From NCBI GenBank assembly GCA_029717555.1, contig JAMDHS010000053.1, forward strand, positions 62,001 to 126,000: DNA of 64,000 bases. The letters run 5' to 3'. The notes beneath the pieces are model-generated. The model was given only the letters and a program-made list of their open reading frames with translations. It had not been told where the DNA came from and ran no database searches. Within the stretch, counting starts at the first letter, position 1, and every line of letters starts with the position of its first letter. The stretch comes from Peribolospora baueri. Its lineage: Eukaryota. The position numbers were made by a program, and so were the translations under genes. Shown here one piece after another: positions 22,933-35,229 of the stretch.

Positions 22933-24669
22933 TCAAGCGATCACGCAGTCTTCACCGCTCAGGTTCTCCGGCAGCTTGGGCATGCCATCGTCGCCGACGG
23001 AGAAGCCTGGAGGGAGGTCACCTATGATATCTTCCGGCGGCGCCCCTTGATCTTGCATCTGAGCGTGGGTGGGTAAGAAGACGAGGATTAGCTCGAAAAT
23101 TACAGCCGACTGGGGCACAACGTAGGAGTGACAGAGAAGGGGCGATTCATTCACCTGATTCATCAACTCGACAACCTTCTTCCTTCTCTCCTGCTCTTTC
23201 CCGTCCTTGGCGTCGTACTCCGGGTCCTCGAACACGGCGAGAACCTGCTTGACGTAGTCGGCTTGCTTCGAATAGCGCTCGTAGTCCTCTGTCGAGAGGG
23301 ACGACTTGTGCTCTTCGAGCCAAGCAGGATACTAACGGGCGAAAAGAAGGAGTGAAGAGCCGATGAGTCGTCAGTAGGTCAGAAGGTGTGCCGGCATTCG
23401 GGTGGCGCACGCAGGCCCGCTCACCACCTGGGGAGTGCGCGACTGAGAGCGGGGAAGGAAGTAGGTCACGCACCTTAGCTCCCAGCTCCTTCAATGGCTC
23501 ATACAAAATTTCCTTGCTCATCAACTCCTCCATCATCTGCTCAAGCATGTTGGCCAATTCGGGGTTGTCCGGATCAAAGCCGCCCTCACCCAGTCCGGGA
23601 AGACCGCCACCTTCACCGCCCATCTGTTGGAGAAGAGCGGCTAACGGGTCGTTCGGGCGGGAGGAGGACGCCTGCAAGTGGCGAGAGCGAATGTTGCAAG
23701 TGTTCAGTGGAAGAGAATGGACGCAAGCGCGATGAATTGCGGATGGATGCGGGCGAATGGGGCACATCGAGAAGAGATCTTTACGTCGCCGGCCCACACG
23801 TCCACGTTAAACATGTGGTCCCATCTCGTCTCACTCACCCGAGCATTCTGATCGCTATCTTTCAACTTGTCCATCGTCTGTCGGATCGCGTCCTGGAAGC
23901 TGGGCTTCGTCCCTTGAGGAGCAGTAGTGCCTCCTGGCGAGCGCGAACCGGAGGCCTGTGCTGCCGCACCAGCATCGTCGGCACCTTCGGGAAGGCCTTG
24001 GCCCATCATGAGCCTCTCGAACTGCTTCATCAATGCCTCCTCGTCCAACGCTGGGCCTTCCTTCGACCCAGGCGCTCCGCCGCCACCACTGCCACCGGCA
24101 GCGGGAGGCTCCCCTGCGCCCACGCCCATTCCGGAACCCGCGCCAGCCGGTCCCAACTCGCGCATGAGAGCCTCCATGCCCTGCGCGAGCTCCTTGGCAA
24201 AGTCTTCAGAGAGCAGGTCGTCCAGCTCGTAGTCCGCCAGCTCCTTCTCTCCCGGCCCTGTCCTCTCCCCGGCGCTGGCGCCTGTGGGCACACCGGAAGC
24301 AGGAAGGGTGGAAGTGGCAGAGGCAGAAGCAGTATTGGTGGAAGAAGACGTGGAGGTCTTGCTCGGTTGTTGTGCAGACGACGGGGAAGAGAACTGTTCG
24401 AGAACGCCTGTGTGGCAACCATGACGCGAGCGAGGATAGGGAAAAAAAGGAAAAGCAAGTCATGACGATTGACAAGGTATTCTAAATGAATGAGCGGCCA
24501 TCGCCTAAAACCCATGTGAACAGAGAAAAAAAAAAGACTCCCTCCACAAGAATGCGGAGGGGTGCCCAACTGTCCCGTCCGACTCACCATCAAGGTCGTC
24601 CAAGTCATCTTCCTCCTCTTGCTTTGCCCTAGGCGGAGGGTCCTCCTCAGGCTTCTTAGGATCGGACAT
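22933..24669 (-). CDS. PEX19: Peroxisomal membrane protein import receptor Pex19
   Basis: N-terminal DDLDDLD, SFQDAIRQTMDKLK, LMSKEILYEPLKEL, MQDQGAPPEDI and a C-terminal CaaX box CVIA. Confidence 0.93.
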
Positions 24670-25067
24670 GGTGCGAGTCTTAAAAGACTGTCGAACGGAC
24701 ACTCGACTGGGATGGTAGACGCTGTATCGCTTGCGAGAAGGAGATGAGGAGGAGTGTCGGCCCAGTTGCGCGTGTGGGGTAAACGACCGTCGACCTGCGC
24801 GTTACACCGACCGGCCCACGAAGACACGGAAACGCCGGTAACTGCGGTAGCACCAGCACTCATGGTCACCGGCCGACCAATCGAATCGACCACACGAAAT
24901 ACGCAACAAAGAACTCTCGATTCTTGTGTACAAGTACAGTGCGAGCCTAAGGAGGGGGCGGAGGGTGTAGTGTTGCGTGCATGTATATGTTTGGAGATGG
25001 GGTCAAGGCCGCCGTGTCACGCTCATCCACGATGAGCAGATGCTCCCCTCCTCATCGGAGGCCCAGA

Positions 25068-27349
25068 TCAGCCTTGACGCTGTTCCAGCGATTCGCGGGT
25101 CCACCTCCTCCCAAGCTCCTCCCAAGCGTCCGCGGCGACCTTGTACACGAGAGCCAGTTGCGGCTCCGTCTGGACCATCATCACGCGCTGGTTCCGCAGA
25201 GCGTCGACGGTCCAGAAAACGACGTCGCACACGAACGGTTTGACCGCCGCCACGTCCATGGCGGCCTGTTTTGCCGGAGAACCATCATAGTACGGCGAGG
25301 AGAAGGGATGCATAAGCAGTGTGGAGAGCCGTGTCGGCTCCACAGGGATAGGATTCGTGGAGAGGAAAGAAGAGGGGGGGGCGTGCGTGCTGGACGCTGC
25401 AGAAATGCTCGACAGCAGGTGGGGAAGATGTCTTCGGATCGAGGCGATGGCGATGAAAGTGCCAGTGCGCCCTACGCCGGCGGAACAGTGTACCAGAACA
25501 GGCGATGGGGTCGATTCCTGCTCGTCAGCCTTGCCAGCGGCGCCATCCTGCGAGCTGTGCGACAATGAGTACCGTGGCTGTTCCTCGACGAGCTCGACAA
25601 GGCGTAGCAGCTGAGTATGGTCCTCCGGAACGCCGTGGTCGCTCCAGCCAAGGTACTGTACGTGACGAACTGTGTGCGTTATCGTCTCTTCTTTTCCGTC
25701 CCCTGTGCGCAGCCAAGGGGCCGCACGCGCCCGAATTTCAAATGTCGTCACCTCCGCTCCTGCAGCCGGGACCTCCTCGACGTCCTTCCACGTGACGGTG
25801 ATACGACCAGCGACGCCAGGAGAAGGAGAGAAAGAAGACGTCAGACTTTCACCGCCACGAGAACCCGGATGTGAACTCGGCCGTGGCACAGAGATAGGGG
25901 CGCCCGGGTCAAGGTCGAGAACGAGTGAGCCCTCTTCTGCCGTCGGCCAGTACCGATCTGCCTTGTCGATGTTGTTCTCGACCAAGCGTGTGACCCTGTC
26001 GACGCGTGCAAGGTGTCAACAGGTCAATATGGAAAGCGGGTGACGGATGAGACGCGTCGGGAGACCCGTTAGGCTGGTGGGTATCGTTCATCGCTCCGAA
26101 CTCGTAGCGACTCACATCAAGATAGTGGAGACATTCTGCGTCAGCACGAGCTGCCAGAAGTCATACAACGTCGACTTGTAACGTCCTCTTCGTCGGATCG
26201 GCGCCTGCGAGCAGAAGGTTCGCGACGTCAACGAGAGCCAGGAACGGCCAGAGCGAAGCAAGAAGGAGAAATCTAAGCCACCAAAGGTCAGCCACTCACT
26301 TGAGATGCGATCCACCGCCTCGTCTTCCCCCCTCGCCCAGCAAGATCCGGCTCTTCTACCCAGCTGGCGTTGATATAACTATCTTCCCCATCGCCGTGCA
26401 TGGCCAGCGCCTGACTACAGCAAGCGGGCGTCTCTGCGACGCCGTTTGCCCTCTGAGTTGCGCCATTGTCCTTCCAAGACGGGGCGGTGGCTTGAGAGAA
26501 CGGATAAGCCGAAGGCGTCTTGGGCAAGACGACACGCGTGCGGTCGTAAGGCTTCACATCCTGATACCGGTTCCTCGGCTGGTTGCACTTCGCTTGACCG
26601 GCAAGCGCGCCAAATGCCGATTTCAACTCCGCCTCTACATCGGCCGGCTGCATATCCTCCACCTTACCGTTCATACTTCCTCCGTTTTGGTGAGATGGGT
26701 CAGTGAGGCCGAGGGGAGGCAGCGAAAGGAGCTGACCAGGAGAGGTACGTTTGAGGAAGTGGGTCTTGGCTGATCGGACAGCACGAGAGAAAGCGGAAGC
26801 GCCGGACGGCAGCGGAAGAGGGGGAACTACTGGGGAACCAGACGAGTTGGAAGGTACGGACGGCGCTTGCGACGCGGTGGATGACCCGGAGCAGGCTGAA
26901 GAAGTAGTGGCGTACGTCTCAAACGACCTCGCGGACGACGATAAGCTCCTCTCTGCGCCGCTCGCGCCCGCCTCAACTCCGTCTGAGCCTGCACCAAAGC
27001 TAAATCCCGTGGCAACAGCGGTGGCACGCTTGCTCTCCTCGTGCTGGCGCGAGCATTCCTTCTCGTCACGCTCCATCTGCGCGAGCTTCCTCCAGTCGCG
27101 GCGCTTCTCGTCCCGTCGATCGAGGACCCAGTAGGCCTTGGAGACGTACGAGCGGTCAGCCAGAGCCAACTGAAGAAAGGGTGGGAGTGGTGGCGGGGAT
27201 GTGAGGGTTGAGCTGGCCGTCGACCCAGTGCTGGACGCCCCACCCGGGGTGGCGGAAGAGCTGGCCGACGAGCTAACCGACGAGCTGGCCGACGAGCTGG
27301 CTTGCTGAGAGCCGGCGGCGGCGGAGCTGTGCGACTGAGCGTCAAACAT
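25068..27349 (-). CDS. Classical protein tyrosine phosphatase, about 3 exons
   Basis: RNRYQDVKPYD, YINAS, WIASQ, DFWQLV, W(S)DHGVP loop, P-loop VHCSAGVGRTG and Q-loop MVQTEPQ. Confidence 0.92.
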
Positions 27350-27731
27350 GTCAAAAGCGTCGACCTATAAGCAAAGAGCCAAAGGAAGGCCAAAGGGGAG
27401 AGAGGCGGCGGGCGATATGAGCGACGAGGACGGGGTCGAGGGCGATGGAAGCGTCTGTCTGGCCGGCTGTTGGGCGAGTTTAACCGGGGATGATTGCCTT
27501 CGACGTCAGTGCGCCGTCAGTCCCGCACCGATCGCTACGCCGCTTGTCGCCGCTTGTCCCCGATGGCGTGCTGCTGAGACGCTTAGTCATTACAATTCCC
27601 CAATTCTACGCCGGCCCTTCCTTTTTTTTTTCATTCCTTTTTTCCTTCCCCTCTCCATCCAGATCGCGTACAGGTAGACAAGAGAAAGGCGCCGACCGGG
27701 TCCGCATCTCCAGGCGTGCCGCCGCGCCACC

Positions 27732-30347
27732 ATGGCGTCGCTTCTCCATCGATATCTCGCGTCCATCCGCAAGGAATTCGATGCGTGGAACGGCCAAGGT
27801 GTCGCCCAGCTCGTGGCGCTCTCCGAGGTAGACTTCGTCGCCCTTCAAAATGAGCTGAAAAAGGTGAGAAGGAGCGAGCCGACGGTCTTTCGGAAAAGAG
27901 GGGAGAGTGGAACGCAAGGTTTGTGCTTGTTGTCGGCTGGATAGGAATTGCTGCAAGGGCGGTGGGAAGATGTCGGAAGTGTGTCCGGGCGTTCGTTCGA
28001 CGGGGAGAGTGAGCGAATGGAGGAGGAGTCAGCTCAGGGCCAGCTCATCGTCCCGCCTTCATTCTCTCTTATCAAGTACATTTTTTAATGCCACATCCTC
28101 TGATCTATCCTCGCCTCATCTCTCGCTTGGCCCCGATGACTTTCGAACAGGACGCCGGCACCCAGAGGGTCACCCGGCAATATTTTAACGGCAGCTCTTC
28201 CGACTCTAGAGAGTCCGCTTTCCTTCGATTTATCACGACGTTGCTCGACTACAATAAGAAAGCACAGCCTTACGTAGAAGAAGATACCGAGCAGGTCACG
28301 AAAGCCGAACAGAATTGGGAAAAGGTGTACTTGTGAGTGCGAGGGGGCTTGGGTGTTTGTTCATCCTTGCAAGTCGTAACTTTGGTTGAGTTGGCGCTAA
28401 TGCTTCCCCACGTCGGCCGATCTTCACACAGGGCAGCAACAAGCCTGTTTACCACAACTGACTCGGCTTGGTTCGTCCCGGTCATGCGAGTACTCGCTTC
28501 GGAGCTGGTGCGATTAGCACTGAAGGCGAGTTAAGACAAACCTCCCGCTGGAGCTTTTCTCATGCAGTCAGTTTAAAGCACGGTATTTGGTACGATGGCG
28601 GTGGCGGCATGGGGATGATAGTAACTGATTTAATGAGCCAGAGGGGTCGGCTCGAGCTCTCCAGAGACTCTGCGGCCGACCCTGTGGATGAAACACTTTG
28701 ATGACCCATGCCTGCATCGGCCACGTACAGCCTGCAACGTCGTTCACTGACTCTTGACAATTTGGCTGACGTGTAACTATGTTCACGTCCCCGTCAGGCC
28801 GACAAGGTGGACCAGGCCGTCGGCCGGCGTTTCGACGACGAACCTTTGCATCCTACCGCCACGCGAGCGGTGATGGTGTTGATTCGCCCCTTCAGCATTG
28901 CTAGCAACGACCAGTGAGTGTTATCTCTTGTACAAGATCCTGTGAACATGCTGGATGGGAGCCACGCTAGTCTGGAACCTCACTCACATACCACGTTCTT
29001 CGTCCGCTCCACAGGTCGCAGACGAGACCATCAAAGCGCGAGCTCACGCTCTTCCTCGCCACCAAAGCACTGCAGCTCTTTTTCAGGGTGAGCACAGCTG
29101 CCTAGCTCACGCCTCGCCACCCTCCCCTACCCCATTTGTATCTTTCTTGCTGAGGTTGCCTTCTTCCCATTTCTTACAATGCCAGATCGGACAAATTCAG
29201 ACGGCAGAGACCGTGATTAAAACGGCGACGCGAATCCGTGATCTAGACAGGGAGGCCGTTGCAACTGCTGGGCTTGCGCCGGGCCCAGCAGCGGATAGGG
29301 TCATGTTTGCTTACTGGCTAGCTCGAATGCTCTTGCTTCACTGGGACATTCGAGGGGTGCGTGTTGAAGTCTTCAGAAGCCTTGGCTGCTTTGCCGTGGG
29401 CAAAGGACGGAGGACATCGTTCTGACGACCAACGACGTGCGTTCTCATTCTCGCAGGCTGAGGAAGAATTTCGCAACGCTTTCAACGAAACATCCAACCG
29501 CGACTTTAAAATCAAGCGGTGAACTCCAAGTCCATCCGTGTTTTGCCATATCCTGTGCTCCATTCCTGATCGGCTTTGCGCTCTCCTGGTCGTCGCTTAC
29601 AGCCAGTTCCTAATCTACCTCGTCGCATGCTCGATCTCTCTGGGCAACTACCCTACGGAGGTGCTCCTTCGGGCTTTCGACCTTTACGACCAGTACGGCG
29701 GCCTCGTCCGGAATCTGCGCCTCGGGAACGCTTGGGCGTGTTTCCAAGCTCTGGAGAGGCATTCCAGTTTCTTCGAGAAGAAAGGGCTATTGGATTTGTT
29801 GGAGGAGAAGGTAGAGATTCAGTGCTGGAGGAATCTCATAAGAAGAACGTGAGCCAGTTTCCGCCGCGCAAAAGAACATCTAATGTACGCGTGCTTCACC
29901 GTTTGAGGTCAACCCGGCCGCTGACTCTTGCATTTCCGATCCACATCCAGGCTCTTCATCCAACGACAAATAACGCCACACTTTTTCCCTAACGACATAC
30001 CCTTCCGTCTACCTCTGACCAGCATCGTCATCACCGCGAGAGTCGCGTTCAGGGACAATTTTATCGATATCTATACAGTCGAATCCGTCCTCATTAGTCT
30101 CCTTAGCAAGGTGGGTCAGGTGATCGCCATCTCTGGAATGCACTCACTCGCTCATCTACCTTACCATCTTCCTTCCCGACGGCGGTCCCCATCTGCCACC
30201 TTTGTTGTGCAGGGGTTCATTGAAGGCAACATCTACATGGAGGACGACATCGAGCAATCATTCCTCGTCGTCTGGCCCGAACCACCTTTCGGATTCCCTC
30301 GGATAGCAGAAGTGCACCAAGTCGCTCGGGTAGAACCACCAGAATGA
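27732..30347 (+). CDS. PCI-domain protein of the PCID2/Thp1/Csn12 family, about 10 exons
   Basis: Spliced product includes LVRLALK-ADK, RVMFAYWLARMLL, LIYLVACSISLGNYP, LVRNLRLGN, CWRNLIRRT and the winged-helix VESVLISLLSKGFIEGNI. Paralog assignment (Thp1 or Csn12) is uncertain. Confidence 0.82.
28606..28712 (+). ncRNA. Intronic box C/D snoRNA, predicted guide for 18S rRNA Am100 (snR51/SNORD57-like function)
   Basis: Terminal stem GGCATGGG/CCCATGCC, C-like GATGA, a 19-nt TAACTGATTTAATGAGCCA complementary to the conserved 18S segment UGGCUCAUUAAAUCAGUUA, D' CAGA, internal stem GGGTCGGC/GCCGACCC, C' GGATGA and D-like ATGA. Confidence 0.82.
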
Positions 30348-30600
30348 TCGACGCGCGTCGCCGCTGGGAACGAGGCAATCCTAAAGCCAGTGAGAGCTTC
30401 CCAAATCGGAGGCGAGCAAGCGGCAGGCGGGGTGGAGGGCAAGCATGTTTGTATTTGTACGCGTACGCGCATCCGAATGCGCATCTGTCGTGGTAGTGGG
30501 CAATGGCAAGGCCATAATGACCCGGATCGCTTGTAATCTGAACACGGACAATCTCTCCCATCCCTCCGCGACCGTCATGGCCTTTCGCATCTCCCTCGCC

Positions 30601-31880
30601 CTATTCATCTTCCCAAACATCCCCGACCCCGTCCATCCCCAGCAGGTAGGTCTGCGACACGTCGAGGGTGGTGAGGCGAGGGTAAACCTTGAGCGAGCCA
30701 GATCCCGATGCCAGCGGGACGACCGTGCCGTCGCATGCTTCCCCTTCTGCCGCCCATCCCCCTTCTCTGTCTTTGCCGCCAGTGCCTACATTGGCACAAT
30801 TGCGTCCTGAGCCTCTAAGGAAAGCGGCTCTCAGGAAAGGGGCAACATCATCGGACATGCCTCTCGCGCCGGTGAGGTGGAGCTCGGTGAGGCGGGAGAA
30901 AGAGGGTGAAGTGAGAAAATTAAGGATGGTGTCGTCACACTCGAATGTGCAGTCTATAAAGCTAAGCTTCCTTAGCGCCCATGGTCTGTTTGGACTCTCC
31001 TTTCCTGATGGATGCAGATGAAGGGAAATGCATGAATGGAATTAGTTCTGGAAGTGGTACGAAAGGGCTCGAGGAAAAAATGTTGAAAATATTGTTCGCT
31101 TTCAGCTTACCAGAGTCGGGATCGTGGGTTGTCCCTAGCACACATCGAGGCAAGATGATCATATTGACGAAGTGGAGGGCCTCGAGCGTGTCAGGCCAGT
31201 TGGAACTGCTGGAAATGAAGCCAGGCGGGGACGGCAGATCAGAAAGAATGTCTGAGAGGATGCCAAATGCTGTCTCCCGTGCTCTTGAAGCGATCCCGTC
31301 GCGTATGGCTCACTCGTTGGAGGCTTTTTCTGGGTACCCATGAACATACTTCTTCTTTCCCTTTGCCTGATGGAGAGGAGAAGCAAGTGGTAAGGTCTGT
31401 GACTGGCGCATCCATTTGCGACGGCACTTGATCAGCTCACCCGGATGGTCAGGCATTGTAGACGAGGGAAGACAATGGAGATGTCCAGCAAGGAGAACCC
31501 TGGCAGTGTGACATCCAGGACCTTCACTGGGCAACAACAAGAGACACAGAGGTGAAGACACTGCCGAGAATCAGTTCTTCTCCCCACTTCTGTCGCTAAC
31601 ACGTACCAAGCTCACCAAGACGACCGAGATGTGGCTTATCAGTACATATCCTCCTCAACGCCTCCCATCTCCACTCGTCCTGATCGACAGCCTTCTCCTC
31701 GAAAAGTGTTGGCGTTGCGAAGAGCGCGGGCAAGGTGATGTCCCGTAGCACCTTGCTCGTCCGGCCGATGCAGTTGAGGAGGGGCTGAGAGGAGAAATCG
31801 GTGCATATGAGATGCCATATGTCTGCAGGAAAAACACCTGTTGGCGACGGAACGGAGGGCGGTCGCCTTTGTGAGGACAT
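30601..31880 (-). CDS. F-box/LRR-like protein, about 5 exons
   Basis: F-box-like FPADIWHLIC...SKVLRDITLPALF, followed by LRR-like units (VKVLDVTL, FPRLQCLTI, WPDTLEALHF, LRKLSFIDC, RLTELHLTG, PRLTTLDVS) linked by canonical introns. Confidence 0.62.
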
Positions 31881-32394
31881 GGATGGGGGTACAGGGACAC
31901 GAGCAGAGAGGTAAGAGGACTGGTGAAATCGGATGCAAGTGATCATAGTGATCGTGATCGAGATTTGGAGGATTGCTCTCGTTTGAGGCCCTCCAAGCCA
32001 TAGGACCTCAGCAGATGCCTGCCAGCTGGAGTTCAGGGCCAGCACATAGGCTACTTGGATGTCCGATATCGTTACTTCCGTTTCCTTCTGCAGCGCGAGG
32101 CCGAGGGGTGCGCAGGAAGACAAGGTCGAATGTTGTCGCTCACATCCTGGGGATGGGTCGGGACGGAGGACGTGAAGGGTTCGGCGGATATAAGCGGCGA
32201 TATTGTTGCCGGCGCATTCCTTTCATCTCCGCGTTCGTCGCCCGCCTCGTCAACACGACGACCAAGACTTCCACCACCGACCTCTTCCGACGTTGGCCAC
32301 CGTCCATCCATCCATCCAGCTTACCCGTCCATATTCTTGCTCCTATCTCGATCTACCCTACCCTCACATCATTTCTGCTTGACGTTTGAGCACC

Positions 32395-34712
32395 ATGGAT
32401 AACGAGGAGTGAGTTCCGCGAGCCAGCATACTTGGGACGGTTGACGCAGATGTCATCAGCTCACTCATGTCGTCACTTCCCCCTGCTCTTGGCATCTCCT
32501 CCGCTACCAGCTTGATCGATTACGAGGAGGAGCTCAACGTTCCCTCCGCCACCAATGGAGCTGCGGCTGCCGGCGCCACCACCGCCGACGTCGGTGACAA
32601 GGACAAGAAGGTCAGCATCATCATCCGTCATCCCGGCTGAGTCCCTAAGTTTCCGTCCCGATATCGTTTCTTCTACCGAACGACATGGTTGCCGTCTCGT
32701 TCACCGGATTGCGGTCGACGTGGGTGACGCCGGTCGAGCGACGGGCACGATCCATTGGAATCACGCTCGCTCGGGAACCAAGGTCGAGAACAACAGCGCG
32801 GCCGCCCGCTGTCGGCCACTCGCTCGTTCGGCTCGCGCCAGCGCGCGGAAACATGCTGTCTTCCTCCTGTCTTTGTCTATATGTCCCTGTCGCATACTCG
32901 ATTCGATTTTCGATTTTCGACGCCCACGACACGCTTCGGACCGATCTCTGAACTCTGCGCCTGCCTCTTTCCTCTTCTTCACGCCATTCACCTCCGTCCA
33001 TCGGCGCCACAGGGATCCTACGTCGGCATCCACTCCACTGGCTTCCGCGACTTCCTACTGAAGCCCGAGCTGCTCCGTGCGATCAGCGACCTCGGTTTCG
33101 AGCACCCTTCCGAAGGTGAGAGTGCGCAAATGACGCGTTCCCCCGCCCCCTTCCCTATGCTTCCCCTCCCCGATTGTTCGTCCCGACTGACTCTTGGCTG
33201 ACTCTTGGCTTTTTTCCCTTCTCGTCCAGTCCAACAAGAGTGCATTCCCCAATCGATCCTCGGTATGGACGTCCTTTGCCAGGCCAAGTCCGGAATGGGC
33301 AAGACGGCGGTCTTCGTTCTCGCCACGCTGCAGCAGATCGAGCCTGTCAACGGTGAAGTCGCCGTCATCGTCCTCTGTCACACGCGCGAGCTGGCGTACC
33401 AGATCAGGAACGAGTACGCTCGGTTCTCCAAGTACATGCCAGACGTGCGCACCAGCGTCTTCTACGGTGGCACCCCTCCGAAGGCCGACCAGGACCTGCT
33501 GAAGGACAAGGAAAAGTGTCCGCACATCGTCGTCGGTACCCCCGGTCGGCTCAACGCCCTGGTCAGGGACAAGAGCTTGAAGGCGAACACCGTCAAGCAC
33601 TTCATTCTCGACGAGTGTGACAAGATGCTGGAGCAAGTCGGTGAGTCGGGCGTGTCACGCGGGTTTTGCGTCCTATTCAGCGCGCGCTCATTCCTTCCCT
33701 TTATTTTCAACTAGAAATGCGCCGTGACGTGCAGGAGATCTTCCGTTCGACGCCTCATCACAAGCAGGTCATGATGTTCTCGGCCACCTTGAGCAAGGAG
33801 ATCAGGCCGACGTGCAAGAAGTTCATGCAGAACGTGCGTTTTTGTCTCGTTCCACTTGACGGGACCGATTCAAATCTGATCGATTGTTCTTCCTTATTCC
33901 CACAGCCTCTGGAGATCTACGTTGACGACGAGACCAAGCTCACTCTGCACGGTCTCCAACAGCACTACGTCCAGATGGAAGAGGCGCAGAAGAACCGGAA
34001 GCTTAACGACCTTCTCGACCAGCTCGAATTCAACCAGGTGCGTTAGCACACTCATCGAGATACCGAGACCTCACGGATGTTGGCACGCTAATTGCCACCA
34101 TTTTCCTGCTGCAGGTCGTGATCTTCGTAAAGTCGATCAGCCGCGCCAACCAGCTCGACAAGCTGCTTCGCGAATGTGCTTTCCCTTCCATTTGCATCCA
34201 CGCTGGTTTGCCCCAGGAGGAGCGAATCAAGCGCTACCAGCAGTTCAAGCAGTTCGAGAAGAGAATTCTGGTCGCCACCGACATCTTCGGCCGAGGTGAG
34301 TTGGGACCCGGTTCGTCCTTGCGTCTCCCGACGGCTCGCCTGACCGATCCCAATGGTGCGCCTCCGCTTGGCAGGTATCGACGTGGAGCGCGTGAACTGC
34401 GTGTTCAACTACGACTTCCCCGCCGACGCGGACGCCTACCTCCACCGAGTCGGCCGTGCTGGCCGTTTCGGCACCAAGGGTCTGGCCATCAGTTTTGTCA
34501 CGGGCGAGGCGGACTCGCAGGTGCTGGATCAGATCCAGCAGCGCTTCGAGGTCAAGATCACCACCCTGCCCGACTCCATCGATCCCTCCACGTACAGTGC
34601 GTCGCGGCTCCCGCATTTTCCGTTGTTTATTCGCACCTTAACGTTTGCTCGCGTCGCTGACATCCGCCTGGCGCGTCTCTCCGTATTTCCTCGTTCACCA
34701 GTGACCACCTAA
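32395..34712 (+). CDS. SUB2: DECD-box RNA helicase Sub2/UAP56 (TREX), about 8 exons
   Basis: [45 protein letters not shown] and [15 protein letters not shown]. First coding exon is 14 nt and last is 11 nt. Confidence 0.97.
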
Positions 34713-35229
34713 AAACGCTCGCCTCGAGTGCCGTCCTTGTCTCCTTTTCCCTCTGCGTTTTGTGCTCCGTTTGTTGTATCTACATAAGGTAACCCCATCT
34801 TTGCCGAATGATCCTTGACATCTCAGCCGACGTCTGGTCTCGTTTCGCTTCGTTTCAAGGGAGGGCCGTCAGCGCTGAGGTCCATCCAGTCGTGCCAGTC
34901 CGGTGATCGGCGTGTTGGCTTCATCGCCACGCGCCCAGGTGGAGGTTGAAAGGCGGTCGGAGATGGTCGGCTCTAAGCGCCGGGCCGGTTCGCGAGGAAT
35001 TTTTTGCGCCCTTCCGGTTTCGCCCTCGAAGAGCGCCGAGGCGGAAGCCGGGCGATGTCGAGAAGAGAGCCGTCGCCATCATCACCACGACGTCGACCAC
35101 CATCATCGCCATCGTCTTCCTCTCCCTGTAGACCTTTTCGGCCTCCCTTTGCTTTCCCTCCTCCCTCTTCATCCTCTTCTCACCAACCCGCCCTCCCCCT
35201 CCACCGCATCTAACGCCCACACGCCCGCC

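Noticed and set aside
28730..28750. GCAACGTCGTT followed by CTGA, a possible second guide against large-subunit rRNA
   Set aside because: Short match, outside the snoRNA terminal stem and near the branch point; chance cannot be excluded.
34903..35229. In-frame His-rich upstream extension of MIR1 in the ORF track
   Set aside because: It starts at GTG and runs through a CAT/CAC-rich, pyrimidine-rich leader. ATG 35230 has a good context, so this is most likely promoter and 5' UTR.
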